The notes under the pieces were generated by a model. That model was not told where the DNA came from. It saw nothing but the letters and a program-made list of their open reading frames with translations, and ran no database searches. From NCBI GenBank assembly GCA_951406725.2, contig OX597829.1:29698001-29762000 (forward strand): a DNA stretch of 64,000 nucleotides, read 5' to 3'. The DNA comes from Octopus vulgaris. Its lineage: Eukaryota. The position numbers and the translations under genes were made by a program. Positions 26,119 through 39,348 of the stretch are shown here, one piece after another (the stretch's first letter is position 1; every line of letters starts with the position of its first letter).

Positions 26119-27342
26119 TGTAGGTAATAATGTCAAACACATACACACATAATGTGTGTATAATAGCAGTTTTATTCAGCTCCACATTACTTTAAGTTTT
26201 GTGGGCGTGTCTCTTTAAGTTTTGTGGAGCTGAGTCAGCCTGTTATTAAATGCATGTAACTCCAACCATACATGTTGTGTACCATTTTCTTTTGTTGGTT
26301 CACCCACTCATGGGTGTGTGTATGTACACATGTGAATGTAGAGATCATTATTTGTTAGCACCAGGTAAGTCCTAATCCAGTGGATCTGTGATGAAAAGTG
26401 TTGCAGTTGTGACTATCCTGCCTTTATTCAGTGTATTTTGAGATCACATTATCTTCCTCCCTTCCTTCCTTCCTTCCTTCCTTCCTCATATAGATATATA
26501 CGGTTAGTTATGATTAAAAGGATTTTTTTACCTATGGATCCCTTTTGATCTCTGTTTTATTCTATTGGACCCCCATGTTGAAAAAATCCTATTATGAATT
26601 GAATTGAAGTCAGGTGTGATTAAAAGAGGTGTAGAGGTGCCTTGTTGATTTTGCAGTAGTAGCATTCAAGGGTGTTGGTGACATATCTGAAATAAATGGG
26701 AGGGAGTGTTGTTAGGATTGGTGTTGTTTTGAGATGTTGTTGCTGTCTGGATGTGTTTTAGGTATCATTGTACATGTAGGGGCCCCTCTATAGCAAAAAA
26801 AAAAAAACATAAAAAAGCTGTTCTGTCTGGCCCCTTCTTTCATACTTTAACTCAGTGGTTCTTAACCATTTTTTATCTATGGGTCTCTTTGATCTCTGTT
26901 TTATTTTATTGGACTCCCATGTTGTAAAAATCCTATTGTTTTTATGAATTGACTTGAATTGGTTTTAGCTCATGAGCTATGATTATGCTGGGGCTAAATA
27001 TTTTTAGGAATTGTATAAAAAAATTAACATTTTGTGTATTGTTGAACTATAACCAATTTATTGCTCATAAATTTCAGCAACACAGCCTTATATGAACCCC
27101 CAAAGGTCATGTGGACCCTAGTTGAGAACCAATGCTTTAGCCTTTTTTCACATACCAATAAAGGCATTTCACACTCTACTGTAGTATCACTGAAGACTAA
27201 GACTCAAGGAGAGTTTTAGTTTCATGTGCTACATGGCTAAGGTGCTAGTGATAGCGACTGAAGAAGTGTCTAGTGCATTATGTAAAGTGGATGATGTTAG
27301 GAAAGACATCCAGCCTTAGAAATCACAACAAAGTAGACTGTG

Positions 27343-27494
27343 ATAAGTAGCTTGCTTACCAACCACATGGTTCCAGATTCAGTCCCACTGTGTGGCACCT
27401 TAGGCAAGTGTCTTTTACTATAGCCTTGGGCCGACCAAAACTTTGTGAGTGGATTTGGTAGACGGAAATGGAAAGAAGCCTGTTGTGTATATGT

Positions 27495-27538
<44 letters not shown>

Positions 27539-27742
27539 ATATGTGTGTTTGTCACCCCAACATCGCTTGACAACCGATGCTGGTGTGTTTACGTCAACTG
27601 TAACTTACCGGTTCGGCAAAAGAGCCCGATAGAATAGTACTAGACTTCCAAAGAATAAGTCCTGGGGTTGATTTGCTCAACTAAAGGCGGTGCTCCAGCA
27701 TGACCACAATCAAATGAGTGAAACAAGTAAAAGAGTAAGAGA
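27343..27742 (+). mobile_element. SINE family 2
   Basis: Family consensus match. Confidence 0.85.
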
Positions 27743-28559
27743 GCTGAGCATGATGCAGTCCTTAGAATTGTAATATCCTGTCAAACTGTTTGAGTCACTA
27801 CAGTATAGAAGACAAACATTGGATGGAGTAACAACTGGAACTACATCAGTTGAGGCTTTCTGCAATGACAAACTTTGCTCCACATATTTGCAAATGCTTT
27901 TGTTTGTTTATGTTTCATTTTGAGTATGTGTATGTATGCGCAGGGGTGGCGATGGTGGCAGTGTGCCGTCTTCAATGACAGTGTTGCTTTTCAGTTTTTA
28001 GATTTTTATAGCCTTTTGTGAAGAGGCTCTGGCAGGGGGTGGTGGTGAACCCTGCTGTACTCTTTCACCACAACTTTCTCTCACTCTTTCTTCCTGTTTC
28101 TGTTGTACCTGTATTTCAAAGGGCCAGTCTTGTCACTCTGAATCTCCCCAAGAACTATGTTAAGGGTACACTTGTCTGTGGAGTGCTCAGCCACTTGCAC
28201 ATTTATAAATGAGCTGCGATGTCACAGGAGCCAAGCTGTATCGGCCTTTGCCTTTCCCTTGGATAACACTGGTGGCGTGGAGAGGGGAGGCTGGTATGCA
28301 TGGGTGACTGCTGGTCTTTCATAAACAACCTTGCCTGGACTTGTGCCTGGGAGGGTAACTTTCTAGGTGCAATCCCATGGTCAGTCATGACCGAAGGGGG
28401 TCACAACAACACATGTGAAGACAAATAAAGTTCAGTTAAGACTGGCATAATCCATGCTAGATCAACGATTTTAAACTGGTTTCAATCCATGGCACAATGA
28501 ATAATCAGCAAAACAAAAAAAAAAAGTGTTATGAAACTTTTTGAAACATTATTATGTTT

Positions 28560-29123
28560 TCTTTTATCTGTTTCAGTCAATAAGATTGTGGCTATGTTGG
28601 GGTGCTACCTTGAAGAAATTTTAGTTGAATGAATCAACCCCAGAACTTTTTATCTTTTTAAGCCCAATGCTTATTCTATCAGTCTCTTTTTGCAGAACTG
28701 CTAAGTTGTAGGGATGCAAACAAACCAACACCGGTTGTCAGGTGGAGGACAAAGAGACGCACACATATATGACAGACTTCTTTCAGTTTCCATCTATCAA
28801 AATCCACTTACTTTGGTTGGCCTGAGGCTATAGGAGAAGACACTTGCCCAGAGTACAATGCAGTGGGACTGAATGCTGAACCATGTGATTGGGAAGCAAG
28901 CTTCTTATTTCTTTATTACCCACAAGGGGCTAAACATAGAAGGGACAGACAAAGGGATTAAGTTGATTAGATTGACCCCAGTGCGTAACTGGGATGAAAG
29001 GCAAAGTCGATCTCGGCGGAATTTGAACTCAGAACGTAGCGGCAGATGAAATACCGCTAAGCATTTCGCCTGGCATACTAATATTTCTGCCAGCTCGCTG
29101 CCTTACCACACAGCCACACCTGC
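28560..29123 (-). mobile_element. SINE family 2 with nested SINE family 3 (28905-29104)
   Basis: aagcttctta|...|ccacacagccac is split by the family 3 sequence. Confidence 0.78.
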
Positions 29124-29565
29124 ACAAACACACACTAATAATAAGGATTATGATGAAGTAATATAAGTATTACCTTTAATTCATTTTTATATATAAACAA
29201 ACTGATATTAAATTTTTCTGACTTTTGTTACCTTGTTTCTGTTAAAATACACTGCATCTTTTCATGTTCAGAATTGATGGAACATGGAATTAACTATCTG
29301 TATCATTATTAGCTGTCGGAACACTGCCTCCTTCAAATATTCTATATTCTCCAAATTCACCAATACTACCCTTGTTATGTCTGTACACCCTTTCTTTTTT
29401 ATGGCTCTCTTACTGTTCATTTTTCTTTATTTTTCTATCTTATTTTGTACTCCACATTGTAGTTTTAGCTATCATTGCTGTCTTTCTTTACTTCACTTAT
29501 TACTGCTTTCTGTCTCCTATTCTGATGAGTTGTAGTGCATCTAAGCACTGTATAAACAAAGCTCA

Positions 29566-30880
29566 TTATTACCTCTGCCTTCGCTAAGGTGGAGGTATTG
29601 TTTTCAGTCATGTTTGTTTGTTTGTTGTTTGTCCATGGGAAAGATATATTTTTTTCTTTTACTTGTTTTAGTCATTTGACTGTGGCCGTGCTGGAGCTCC
29701 ACCTTTAGTTGAGCAAATTGCCCCCAGGACTTATTTCTTTGGAAGCCTAGCACTTAGGCTCTTTTGCTGAACCACTAAGTTACGGGGATGTAAACACACC
29801 ACCATCGGTTGTCAAGCGATGTTGTGGGGACAATCACAAACATATATACACACATACATATATACACACATACATATATACGACGGGCTTCTTTCAGTTT
29901 CTGTCTACCAAATCCATTCACAAGGCTTTGGTCGGCCCAAGGCTATAGTAGAAGACACTTGCTCAAGATGCCATACAGTGGGAATGAACCCAGAACCATG
30001 TGGTTGGTAAGCAAGCTACTTACCACACAGCCACTTCTGCACCTATAATAGAAAGACTTTACAGCACCTAGGTTTCCCAAGTGGTCACCCATCTAAGTAC
30101 TAACTAAGCTCGACGTTGCTTAACTTCGGTGATTGGATGAGAACTGGTGTTTTCAAAGTAATATGGCTGTAAGCCAGAAAATGATGTAAAGACAGACAAA
30201 ATACCTATTTCTTTACTACCAACAAAGGGCTAAACACAGAGGACAAACAAGGACAGACAAACGGATTAAGTTGATTACATCGACCTCAGTGTGTAACTGG
30301 TACTTATTTAATCGACCCCAAAAGGATGAAAGGCAAAGTTGACCTTGGCAGAATTTGAACTCAGAACGTGGTGGCAGACGAAATACCTATTTCTTTACTA
30401 CCCACAAGAGGCTAAACACAGAGAGGACAAACAAGGACAGACAAAGGGAATAAGTCGATTACATCAACCCCCGAAAGGATGAAAGGCAAAGTCAACCTTG
30501 GCGTAATTTGAACTCAGAACGTAACAGCAGACGAAATACCGTTAAGCATTTTGCCTGGCGCTCTAATGCTTCTACCAGCTCACCAACTCAAGAACCACTG
30601 GATGGATGTGGATGAAACTTTCAGGGATTTTTAGCCTCATGACTGGCATGAACTGATTAGATTTTGGGATTGATCCGGTACCAGACAAGGATCTGGATTA
30701 TTTTTCCTGTGTTTTAACTTAATTTTTGAGAGTGGTCGGGTTCATTTTTAGTATTCTTGCTTGTGAGAGCTGTCAATTTTATTTCAGATATTCTAATTTT
30801 AAGAATCATCTCTGGCTAACCATTGAGAGGATGTTGGTGTTGCCTTGGTGGAGATTTGCACTCTCTGAGTGCTCTTGTTA
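29566..30880 (+). mobile_element. Helentron/DINE-1(HINE)-like element with a nested SINE2 + 5S pseudogene + SINE3 block (29650-30586)
   Basis: Subterminal inverted repeat acctctgcc / ggtggagat, internal (tttg)n and 3' stem-loop GCACTCtctGAGTGC. Colinear with the copy at 33514-34560 once the insert is removed. Confidence 0.65.
30056..30174 (-). pseudogene. 5S rRNA pseudogene (full length, about 119 nt)
   Basis: Reverse complement GCTTACAGCCATATTACTTTGAAAACACCAGTTCTCATCCAATCACCGAAGTTAAGCAACGTCGAGCTTAGTTAGTACTTAGATGGGTGACCACTTGGGAAACCTAGGTGCTGTAAAG matches the metazoan 5S consensus with many transition/CpG-type changes. Solitary copy. Confidence 0.88.
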
Positions 30881-31013
30881 TTATTTATTTCAATTAATTT
30901 TGAAAGTAATTATAACTGTCATTATTAAACCGATGTTTGGAACTAAGTTAATAACATTAACTTTTTAAAACAGAATAAAATAAATCATCACTATTGGATT
31001 TTTAAAAGTTTTA

Positions 31014-31419
31014 TCTATATATATATATATATAAAAGCTGAAGTTGTCTGTGTATGGCAGGTTTGGTAGCCTTCAACTAACACTATCTCCTGCATGACCC
31101 TGCAGCGCATATTGACCAAAATTGAGAGTATGATAGAAGAAGGCTTGCTCTTCCTTCCATAGAAGAAAAAATTCAAATCAGACTATGTTAACACCAAAAA
31201 TTGTTTACATCAAAAAGGTGCCTTTTTTCTATGAAAATCCCTAGTTTTCACAATTTTTTGACTGCTGTGTCATCATTTTTTTGGTGTATTTCAACCAGAA
31301 AAATGTTCACTTAAAGAGAATAACAAGCTACATAACGCAGAATTTTTACTTTTCAAAAGTTCCAATTCTAAAGAGTTGAAAAGAAAACAAGCCTGAGCAA
31401 CGCTGGGCTATACTGCTAG
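31014..31419 (+). mobile_element. Non-autonomous Helitron
   Basis: Inserted at A|T with a 5' TC start, a 3' GC-rich hairpin gcctgagcaacgctgggc and terminal CTAG. Confidence 0.8.
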
Positions 31420-31450
31420 TTATATATAAAAAGAAAAGATTAAAATTATT

Positions 31451-32180
31451 ATTGTTATATTTGGCTCAGTGGCTAGTGTCTGGCTCACAATTATGAGGTA
31501 CTGAGTTTGATTCCAAGACCAGGCTGTGTCTTGTGTTCCTAAGCAAGACACTTTATTTCACATTGCTCCAGTTCACTCAGCTGTAGAAATGAGTTGTGAC
31601 ACCACTGGTACCAAGCTGTATCGGCCTTTCTTTTTCCTTAGATAACATCAGTAACATGGGGATGGGAGGCTGGTATGCACAGATGACTGCTGGTCTTCCA
31701 TTTACAACCTTGCCTGAACTTGTGCCTCGAAGGAGAACTTTCTAGGTGCAATCCCATAGTCAGTCATGACCAAAAGGTGTCTTTCTTTCTATATTTGGGG
31801 ATGGTCATATTTTGTCAGTTAAACACATGCACAATATATTTGGTCTTAACTTCAGCTTTATTATTATTATTATTATTATTTTAGCTTCTTTATCAAATCT
31901 CTTCACATCACTCATCCTGTGACCTATTTAGCAATTCTTTATCCAATGTCTTCTCTTATTCTTCTCAGTGCATTTAGAAAATGGACTTGACAGAACAAAG
32001 GGAGACATTTTCTAAATGGACTGAGCAGAACAAAAGGAGACACTAGGGATAAAGAGTCGCTGAAGAGGTCACAGGATATGTGACAAAAGAGCTTTGACAA
32101 AGAAATTATAATAAAGCTGAAGTGAAGATTGAACATATAGTGCATGTGTTTAATTGGCAAAAATATGGCCATGCATTATA
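31451..32180. mobile_element. Long-TIR MITE, with SINE family 1 inserted near its left end
   Basis: Left arm gatggtcatattttgtcagttaaacacatgcac is complementary to right arm gtgcatgtgtttaattggcaaaaatatggccat. Same family as 49335-49670. tatatttgg is duplicated around the SINE. Confidence 0.65.
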
Positions 32181-32221
32181 TTAAAATTATTTCCATCTTT
32201 TTGTTAGTGTGTACCTCTCTC

Positions 32222-32613
32222 TTTACTCTTTACTCTTTTACTTGTTTCAGTCATTTGAATATGGCCATGCTGGAGCAACCCAGGACTTATTCTTCGTAAG
32301 CCTAGTACTTATTCTATCGGTCTCTTTTGCTGAACTGTTAAGTTACGGGGATGTAAACACACCAGCATCTGTTGTCAAGCGATGTTGGGGGCACAAATAC
32401 AGACACACAAACATATACACACAAATACATATACACACACATACATATATATGATGAGCTTCTTTCAGTTTCCGTCTACCAAATCCACTCACAAGGCTTT
32501 GGTCAGCCCAAGGCTATAGTAGAAGACACTTGCCCAAGGTGCCACGCAGTGGGACTGAAATCAGAACCATGTGGTTGGTAAGCAAGCTACTTACCACACA
32601 GCCACTCCTATGC
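32222..32613 (-). mobile_element. SINE family 2
   Basis: Family consensus match. Confidence 0.85.
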
Positions 32614-32972
32614 CTGTTGACATTTGTTGTCTTGTTAAAATATTTCTTAAAATAATCACAAACTTTTAAAATAGCATTATTAAAATGGTGTTTGCAACAT
32701 AAATATGAAATTTTGATGGAAGGTTTTAATTTAGATCACTTGAAAATAGTAAGTTTATATCATAGAACCAGATAAGTTTGTATCAAAAGCAAGTAAGATA
32801 AGATGTATGAAGTGGAAATTTTGCACAAAGGCAGGAAGCATGGAAGTTTTCCAAGTATCCTAGAATTTTCTGAGAATCTCAGAAATTAATGGTAACCTTC
32901 TGTCACAGCATAAAAATTAGAAACATCTACTGTAGGATATTGATATATCTTCCTAGATGCCTTGGCCTGTGG

Positions 32973-33021
<49 letters not shown>

Positions 33022-33504
33022 GTGTCAGAGAGCAGTGAATGCCAACAAAGTGACACTGGGGTAAAATATATGAAGCCTAGTATACCCATCATGACTACCT
33101 ATCTGATAACAGTAAGCCAGGCACATGCTTCACAAACCATATGTGCATGACATGGTGATCTCATATCAAGTTAAACAGCGCATATTCTTGCAGGTGGGGC
33201 CCATCCCACTCAAAAGTTTGTTTAAGAATGTTGAACGAAGCACCCATGTTTCCAGAGGTGAATTATTCAAACCCCAAAGAATCCTTCTCAACACATGTTC
33301 TGCTCATGATCAGAGATGCACATATTGTCAGCCACCAAAGGACCTACTCAACTAGTTACAGTCAAACAACTGATGAGCAAATCTGTGGTACTGAGCAGAA
33401 TATTTGCTGTAGCCAATCTTTTATACCAAGACAAAACAATGTACATGATAACACTTCCAATCAGAAGCCATGAGATTCACTGCCTGGTATTGCATCTGGG
33501 CATT
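33022..33504 (-). mobile_element. Non-coding element embedded in an (ATT)n array, copy 1
   Basis: Colinear with 43810-44366, with the same termini. Confidence 0.75.
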
Positions 33505-33513
33505 TATAATTGT

Positions 33514-34560
33514 TATTACCTCTGCCTTAGCGAAGACAGGGGTATTGTTTTCAGTCATGTTTGTTTGTGTGTTTTCCTATGGACAAGATGTCTCAAGAAC
33601 CACTGGATGGATTCAGATGAAACTTTCATGGATGTTTGGCCTCGTGACTGGCACAAACTGCTTAGATTTTGGGATCGATCCAGTACCAGGCAAGGATTCT
33701 GGATTATTTGTTATATTTACTTTACTTTACATGAAGTATTACAATCTTACATTCACTTTCAAGTCTTTCTCTGATTATCTCCCTTGAAAGCATGCTCATA
33801 GTTTCCACTTAAGTTATGGTGGTGTTGCTGTTTCCAAGGTTTTATTTTCGTTTCTCTATTATTAATTTTACCTGCCTCTCTATCTTAATAGAAACTGATG
33901 GATAAAGAGATCAAACTACATAAACAAATGGCAGCAAAACCGTTCAGAAATTAAACAACACTAACATATTCAGTAACAATAATAAATTTAATTTATCCTT
34001 GACAATTTTTACTTTTGCTAATTTTTAATATATCGTTCCTGTTAAAAACCTCTTACCTACTTGACTATTGCATTTCTAGCTCTGTCTTGAAGGAAGCTTT
34101 ATTTCTTGGACTCACGTTTTTGTGTGCAACAGTGTTGTTAAACCTCTGTTAATAGCACTGCATGCAAGTCCTTTCTGTTTTGTTTCACGCATGGATAAAT
34201 TTTTCACTATAGACAAAAACACTATATCAGTGGATAGACTAAAAAAGGCCTTCATAGAGAGAACTGTCCCTGTTCCCAATGTAGACAATACATACACAGC
34301 ATTACAAACATGGCTCGCACACTCACCTTCACATTTTATGTCTACCATTGGGATCGATTAGGTACCAGACAAGGATTCTGGATTATTTTTCTGTTTTTTA
34401 AATTTCAATTTTTGAGAGTGGTCAGGTTCATTTTTAGTATTCTCATTTGTAAGAACAGTTGATTTTATTTCAGATATTCTCATTTTAATAATCATCTCCA
34501 GCTAATTGTTGAGAGGACATTGATGTTACCTTGGCGGAAGTTTGCACTCTCTGAGTGCTC
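33514..34560 (+). mobile_element. Helentron/HINE-like element, copy 2, with an internal insert containing a Gypsy integrase tail fragment
   Basis: acctctgcc ... ttggcggaag, GCACTCtctGAGTGC. The insert encodes KFFTIDKNTISVDRLKKAF. Confidence 0.6.
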
Positions 34561-34562
34561 TT

Positions 34563-34622
<60 letters not shown>

Positions 34623-35106
34623 TAGTGTATGTGGTGTGAATGTTGTAACACTACTTGTTGCGGTTGTTTAGTTCCTTGTCAGTCTTGATCTAATTGATCA
34701 AATGTGTTCCAGCTGTGACTATATCATCTTTTATCCTGATACAATATATCCAATTTGTCATTTATTTTTTTAAAGACAGTAGGTAGCAATTTGAAGGAGA
34801 TTTGTTAAGTATTTTCAGCATGTCAAATGACCAAAAAAGTGCCTCCCTCATTTACTCATTATTATTGTATAGCATTCATTGTTATCACATAGGGAATTGG
34901 TAGAATTGTCAAGGCAGTGAGAAAAAAATGCTTTGCCAGATTTCTTCCAGCTCTTAACATTCTCAGTTCAAATTCCACCTAGGTCAACTTTGCTTTTCAT
35001 TCCTCCCGGGGTCAATAGAACAAAGTACCAGTCAAATTCTCTAATCTCCTTCCCTCAAAATTACTACCCTCGTGCATAACTCTGAAAATACTACTGTTAT
35101 ATTTAC

Positions 35107-35302
35107 TTCTCAAAGCTCTTGATTTTACTTGTTTAACTTGGTGGTAAAGGTGAAATGTAGCTAAGGCCCTGGTAATATCATAATCTTCTGGTTTGATAAA
35201 AGTCATGATAAAGAACATTGAGAAATATGAAGACAAGTTAAAGGTGTCTGTCACATCTATTCCGCCATTTATTTCACCAGCAACTGGTAAACATGTACAA
35301 TT
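35107..35302 (-). CDS. Candidate internal exon of an unidentified antisense gene
   Basis: ttttagttaacag acceptor and A|GTAAAT donor flank an open 65-codon frame (NCTCLPVAGEINGGIDVTDTFNLSSYFSMFFIMTFIKPEDYDITRALATFHLYHQVKQVKSRALR) in non-repetitive sequence. No homology recognised. Confidence 0.5.
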
Positions 35303-36629
35303 CTGTTAACTAAAATACATAGGTTAACTGTGATTCTTGTTTATGTTGAGGTGTGTGGGAAAAACATAAAGCATGATGACAAGAAATTCTCCTGATGATT
35401 CTCTCCTCACTGAAGTTGCAAAGCAGAATAAAACTGCTCTCATGCCAATGATCCGAATTCACTCATGACAACTCACCACACTGAGGAATTAGTGGGAAAA
35501 ATTTCCCATTTATAGCTGATATTGGTACACTTGACTGGTCTGTTATGTAAAGGGGTGGACAGCCTGCATAAAACTAGATGGATTTGACCATGATGCAATG
35601 AACCAAAATGTGGGTACCTAAAGGTAAAAAGCCAAAATGTGGAGACCTAAAGGTAAAGTGTAAACATGCTTGTTACACTTGCTCCAGTTAATTCTGTGAG
35701 AGCAGACAGCAACCTATTGTCAAAGGTCTCAAAAGGGTCTCTTCCCATGACTTATAAGACTTGGTACATAGATGTTAAGTTCTGTGGAAGATACTTAACA
35801 CCCAAGTACCAATACCAAAATCCTTGCTGTCCCTAATTATTATTTTTTTTCCTTCTTTCTTAAAATTTTCTTCCATTTCTCGCTGAGTATTTTCCGTATA
35901 CCTAGGGCAGAGAAGCTCTATTATTATTATTATTATTATTATTAAGGTATCATGCTGTCAGAATCATTACTGCATCAGACAAAATGCTTAGTGGCATTTC
36001 ATTTATCTTTATGTTCTGGGTTCAAATTCCGCCAAGGTTGACTTTGCCTTTCACCCTTTCAGGGGTTGAGAAAATAAATTTCAGTTGAGCACTGGAGTCA
36101 ATGTAATCAGCTTCTCCTTAAACAATACTGAAAACCTCATTAAGTGTTGAGGTTCATTTAAAGTTCTTTTTACTACAACCTGATGCTGTATCCTATGCTA
36201 TTCTGAAATTCCTCCCACATAGTCCAGAGGAGTGATTTGTCCAAGGTGGGGTATGTCTGGACCCCATTTTCATAGAACTTTGGAAAAGCAGGAACATCAT
36301 ATCTTCCAGCCACTTGACTGCCTCCCACCCCCACTCACACAGATTTTATAAACTAACCTTGCTAAAACCACAAACTGTGATCCAACACCAAATTTGAACC
36401 CACATCTGATCTACTCATGTAGTGCAACTGCTGTCACACACTGACTTTGTGGAGCAAGTCTTTTATGCACCAACATTATCACTGTATACATACTTTCTTA
36501 CTCTATTACTGTAATTATGAGTCATAAAGTAGCCACTACTTGGTTTCTTGACCAAGTACAAATAGTAGCCAAATTACCTCAAACCACACCATTAAAAAAA
36601 ACAGAATTGAAGAGCCTAAAAATTTTTTC

Positions 36630-37460
36630 TAAAAAGAAAGCTATGCACAGCATTCCAAAATCACTGTTTTAAAGCTGAAATAGACAGGAAATATCTGTCC
36701 AACATATAAGGAAGATGAGGTTTATACAAGTAGAGAGTTTTTACAATGAAGTTACACTATGTCTAGAAAAAATAGAAAAAAGCAAATGGAAACTGAATAG
36801 CTTCATAACAAACAAAACACAGTAACAAAAATAAAACCTTTTCTCTATATAAAAGGAAATGATAAAGTTTAAAATAGATACTTAGTACATTAAAGTAATA
36901 ATGTATTTAGATGAACACAAAACACAACAGAAAGATGAAATCAAAAATGGAACTACAAAATATAATAAAGAAGATATATACTAAAGAGAAAAAACACTCT
37001 ATGGCCAATATCCTGCAAGACTTGACAGAGTGGAAGTAACTTGGCATGAGAGCCAACAATGGCTCAAAAACTCTGGACTAAAAGCAGAAACGGAAGACCT
37101 GATTTCAGCTAAGCAGGAATAATACCTTGTTATACACACACACAAAAGCTGCAAAAATAAAATATTGAGACTATTACACAGTCAGCAGATTATGTAATTA
37201 TCACAAAGAAATAATTGGCTGTGCAGTCTTGCATAGACATAATGTGTGTTTGTGTGTGTATATATATACCTATAATATGCAGGCATAACTGGCTATGCAG
37301 CTATGTCTGTTGGGTAATTTAATGGGAAAAAATGAGAGAAAGTGTTAAAAGCTTGTACAAAACAGAGTATATTGTAATGACCTAACTACAACAGTCTGGG
37401 ACACACCTGTTCACACTGACATGAAGACCAAAGCAACAATATCACAACCAAAGACGAGAA
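36630..37460 (+). mobile_element. Decayed R4/Dong-clade (RLE) non-LTR retrotransposon fragment
   Basis: KTLYGQYPARL...SQQWLKNSGLKAETEDLISAKQE, CRLC/GC/RHN zinc-knuckle remnants and WDTPVHTD. Confidence 0.7.
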
Positions 37461-37789
37461 TTTAAATCTATGCATTTTGTGTATGTATGTGTGTATAAAT
37501 ATCTATGTACTCTGTACACATATATCAATGCAGACTTTGGGTGTATTGATGTATCATATATATGTGTGTATGTCTTTATGACAAATGTGTGTATGTATCT
37601 ACTTATTCATGCATACATACAAATATAAAGTATTTTTGTCAGGGTGACTCAAACTAATAGGTGTGTACTCTGAGAGCTCAATTTGATATGCCACTAAAAT
37701 TCCGGTATAAACTGTAGTTGAATATGTGTTTTCACGACTGCCTTTCTAAAGTGGCTAGAAATGGTTTCTCTTTGAGTGGATGTGTATAG

Positions 37790-38945
37790 ATTAAAGCAGA
37801 AACGAAGAGGCAAACAATTTAGTAAGACTTGACAAGGATATTTAGTTATATAATATTACAACATAATGGAAAGGTGTATATAATCTCTAACAGCTGTTTC
37901 TAGAATATCCCAGCTATTGGAACTTTTGCCAAGCAAGGATTCCATATGCTGAGTATTCCGTCATCGGAAGGATATCACCAGCTCATTTCATTTGTTCTTG
38001 GATTTACCTCATGAATACATATTTCAAAAGGATTGCTCCTCTTTTAGACAAAATGAACTATAATGATATTAGTACAATTGTTGTATAATGTCCCTTCATT
38101 GTTACATCTCTTTATCCTCTCCTTCTCCAATGACATATGGAATCCTCATGTGGCACAAACTTCCAATAGCTGGGATATTCTAGAAACAGCTGTTAGAGAT
38201 TATATACACCTTTTTATTATGTTGGTGTAGGAGTGACTGTGTGGTAAGTAGCTTGCTTACGAAACACATGGTCCCGGGTTCAGTCCCACTGTGTGGCACC
38301 TTGGGGAAGTGTCTTCTACTATAGCCTCAGACTGACCATAGCCTTGTGAGTGGATTTGGTAGACGGAAACTGAAAGAAGCCCGTCGTATATATGTATATA
38401 TATATATATATATAAAGTTAATCCAAACAAGAAAGCACAAAAAAAATACAACAACGCAAGGACGTGGAACAAATATAGTATTATTGGACGCTCAGGAAAG
38501 AAGAAGGGTTTAACGTTTCGAGCGGAGCTCTTCATTGGAAACATAGGAGAAGGAAAGATCCAGAGAAGGGAAGATAGAGGGAAAAAAATCGCCAACGGTA
38601 CACACGAGGTCACATGTATGTGTGTATGTGTTTGTGTGTCTGTGTTTGTCCTCCCAACATTGCTTGACAACCGATGCTGGTGTGTTTACATCCCCGTAAC
38701 TTAGTGGCTTGGCAAAAGAGACCAATAGAACAAGTACTAGGCTTACAAAGAATAAGTCCTGGGGTCGATTTGCTGGACTAAAGGTGGTGCTCCAGCATGG
38801 CGACAGTCAAATGACTGAAACAAGTAAAAGAGAGATTATATACACCTTTTCATTATGTTATAATATTATATAGCTATATTAAATGTCCTTGTTAAGTTTT
38901 ACCAAATTGTTTGCTTGTCTGTTTCTGTTTTACTCTATAAACAGA
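37790..38945. repeat. Inverted pair of hammerhead-bearing (Penelope-pLTR-like) segments; right arm interrupted by SINE2 (38225-38835)
   Basis: 37790-37950 is the reverse complement of 38133-38224 plus 38830-38945. Confidence 0.7.
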
Positions 38946-38964
38946 ACATATATAATATATACAC

Positions 38965-39348
38965 ACTAATTGTGGAGGGAACCTGTGAAAGAGGTAGACC
39001 CAGGAAGACATAGGACAAGGTGGCGAAGCATGATCTTTGAATGTTGAGTCTCATGGAAGTGATGACAAGAGATTGTAATCTTTGATGATTTGCTGTGCTT
39101 GAAAAGACATGTCAAGCCAATTGAAATCATAGTCATGGCCAGAGCCAGTGATATGTAAAAGGTACCCATGCCAATGACATGTAAAAGGCACCCACTACAT
39201 TCTTGGAGTGGTTAGCATTAAGAAGGGCATCCAGCTTTAGAAACCAAGCCAAACTAGACTGGAGCCTGGTGCAGCTCTCCAGCTTACCAGTTTAAGTTGA
39301 ATTGTCTAACCCATGCCAACATGGAAAATGGACACTAAAGGATGACAT
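38965..39348 (+). mobile_element. RTE LINE 3' end
   Basis: VEGTCERGRPRKT*DK motif plus the 3' UTR. Confidence 0.8.

Noticed and set aside
26610-26690. Strong minus-strand acceptor followed by a short frame
   Set aside because: Frames close quickly, and CxxC...HLF resembles a LINE zinc-knuckle remnant.
30056-30174. Functional 5S rRNA gene
   Set aside because: Solitary, many substitutions relative to the consensus, and nested in repeats; called a pseudogene.
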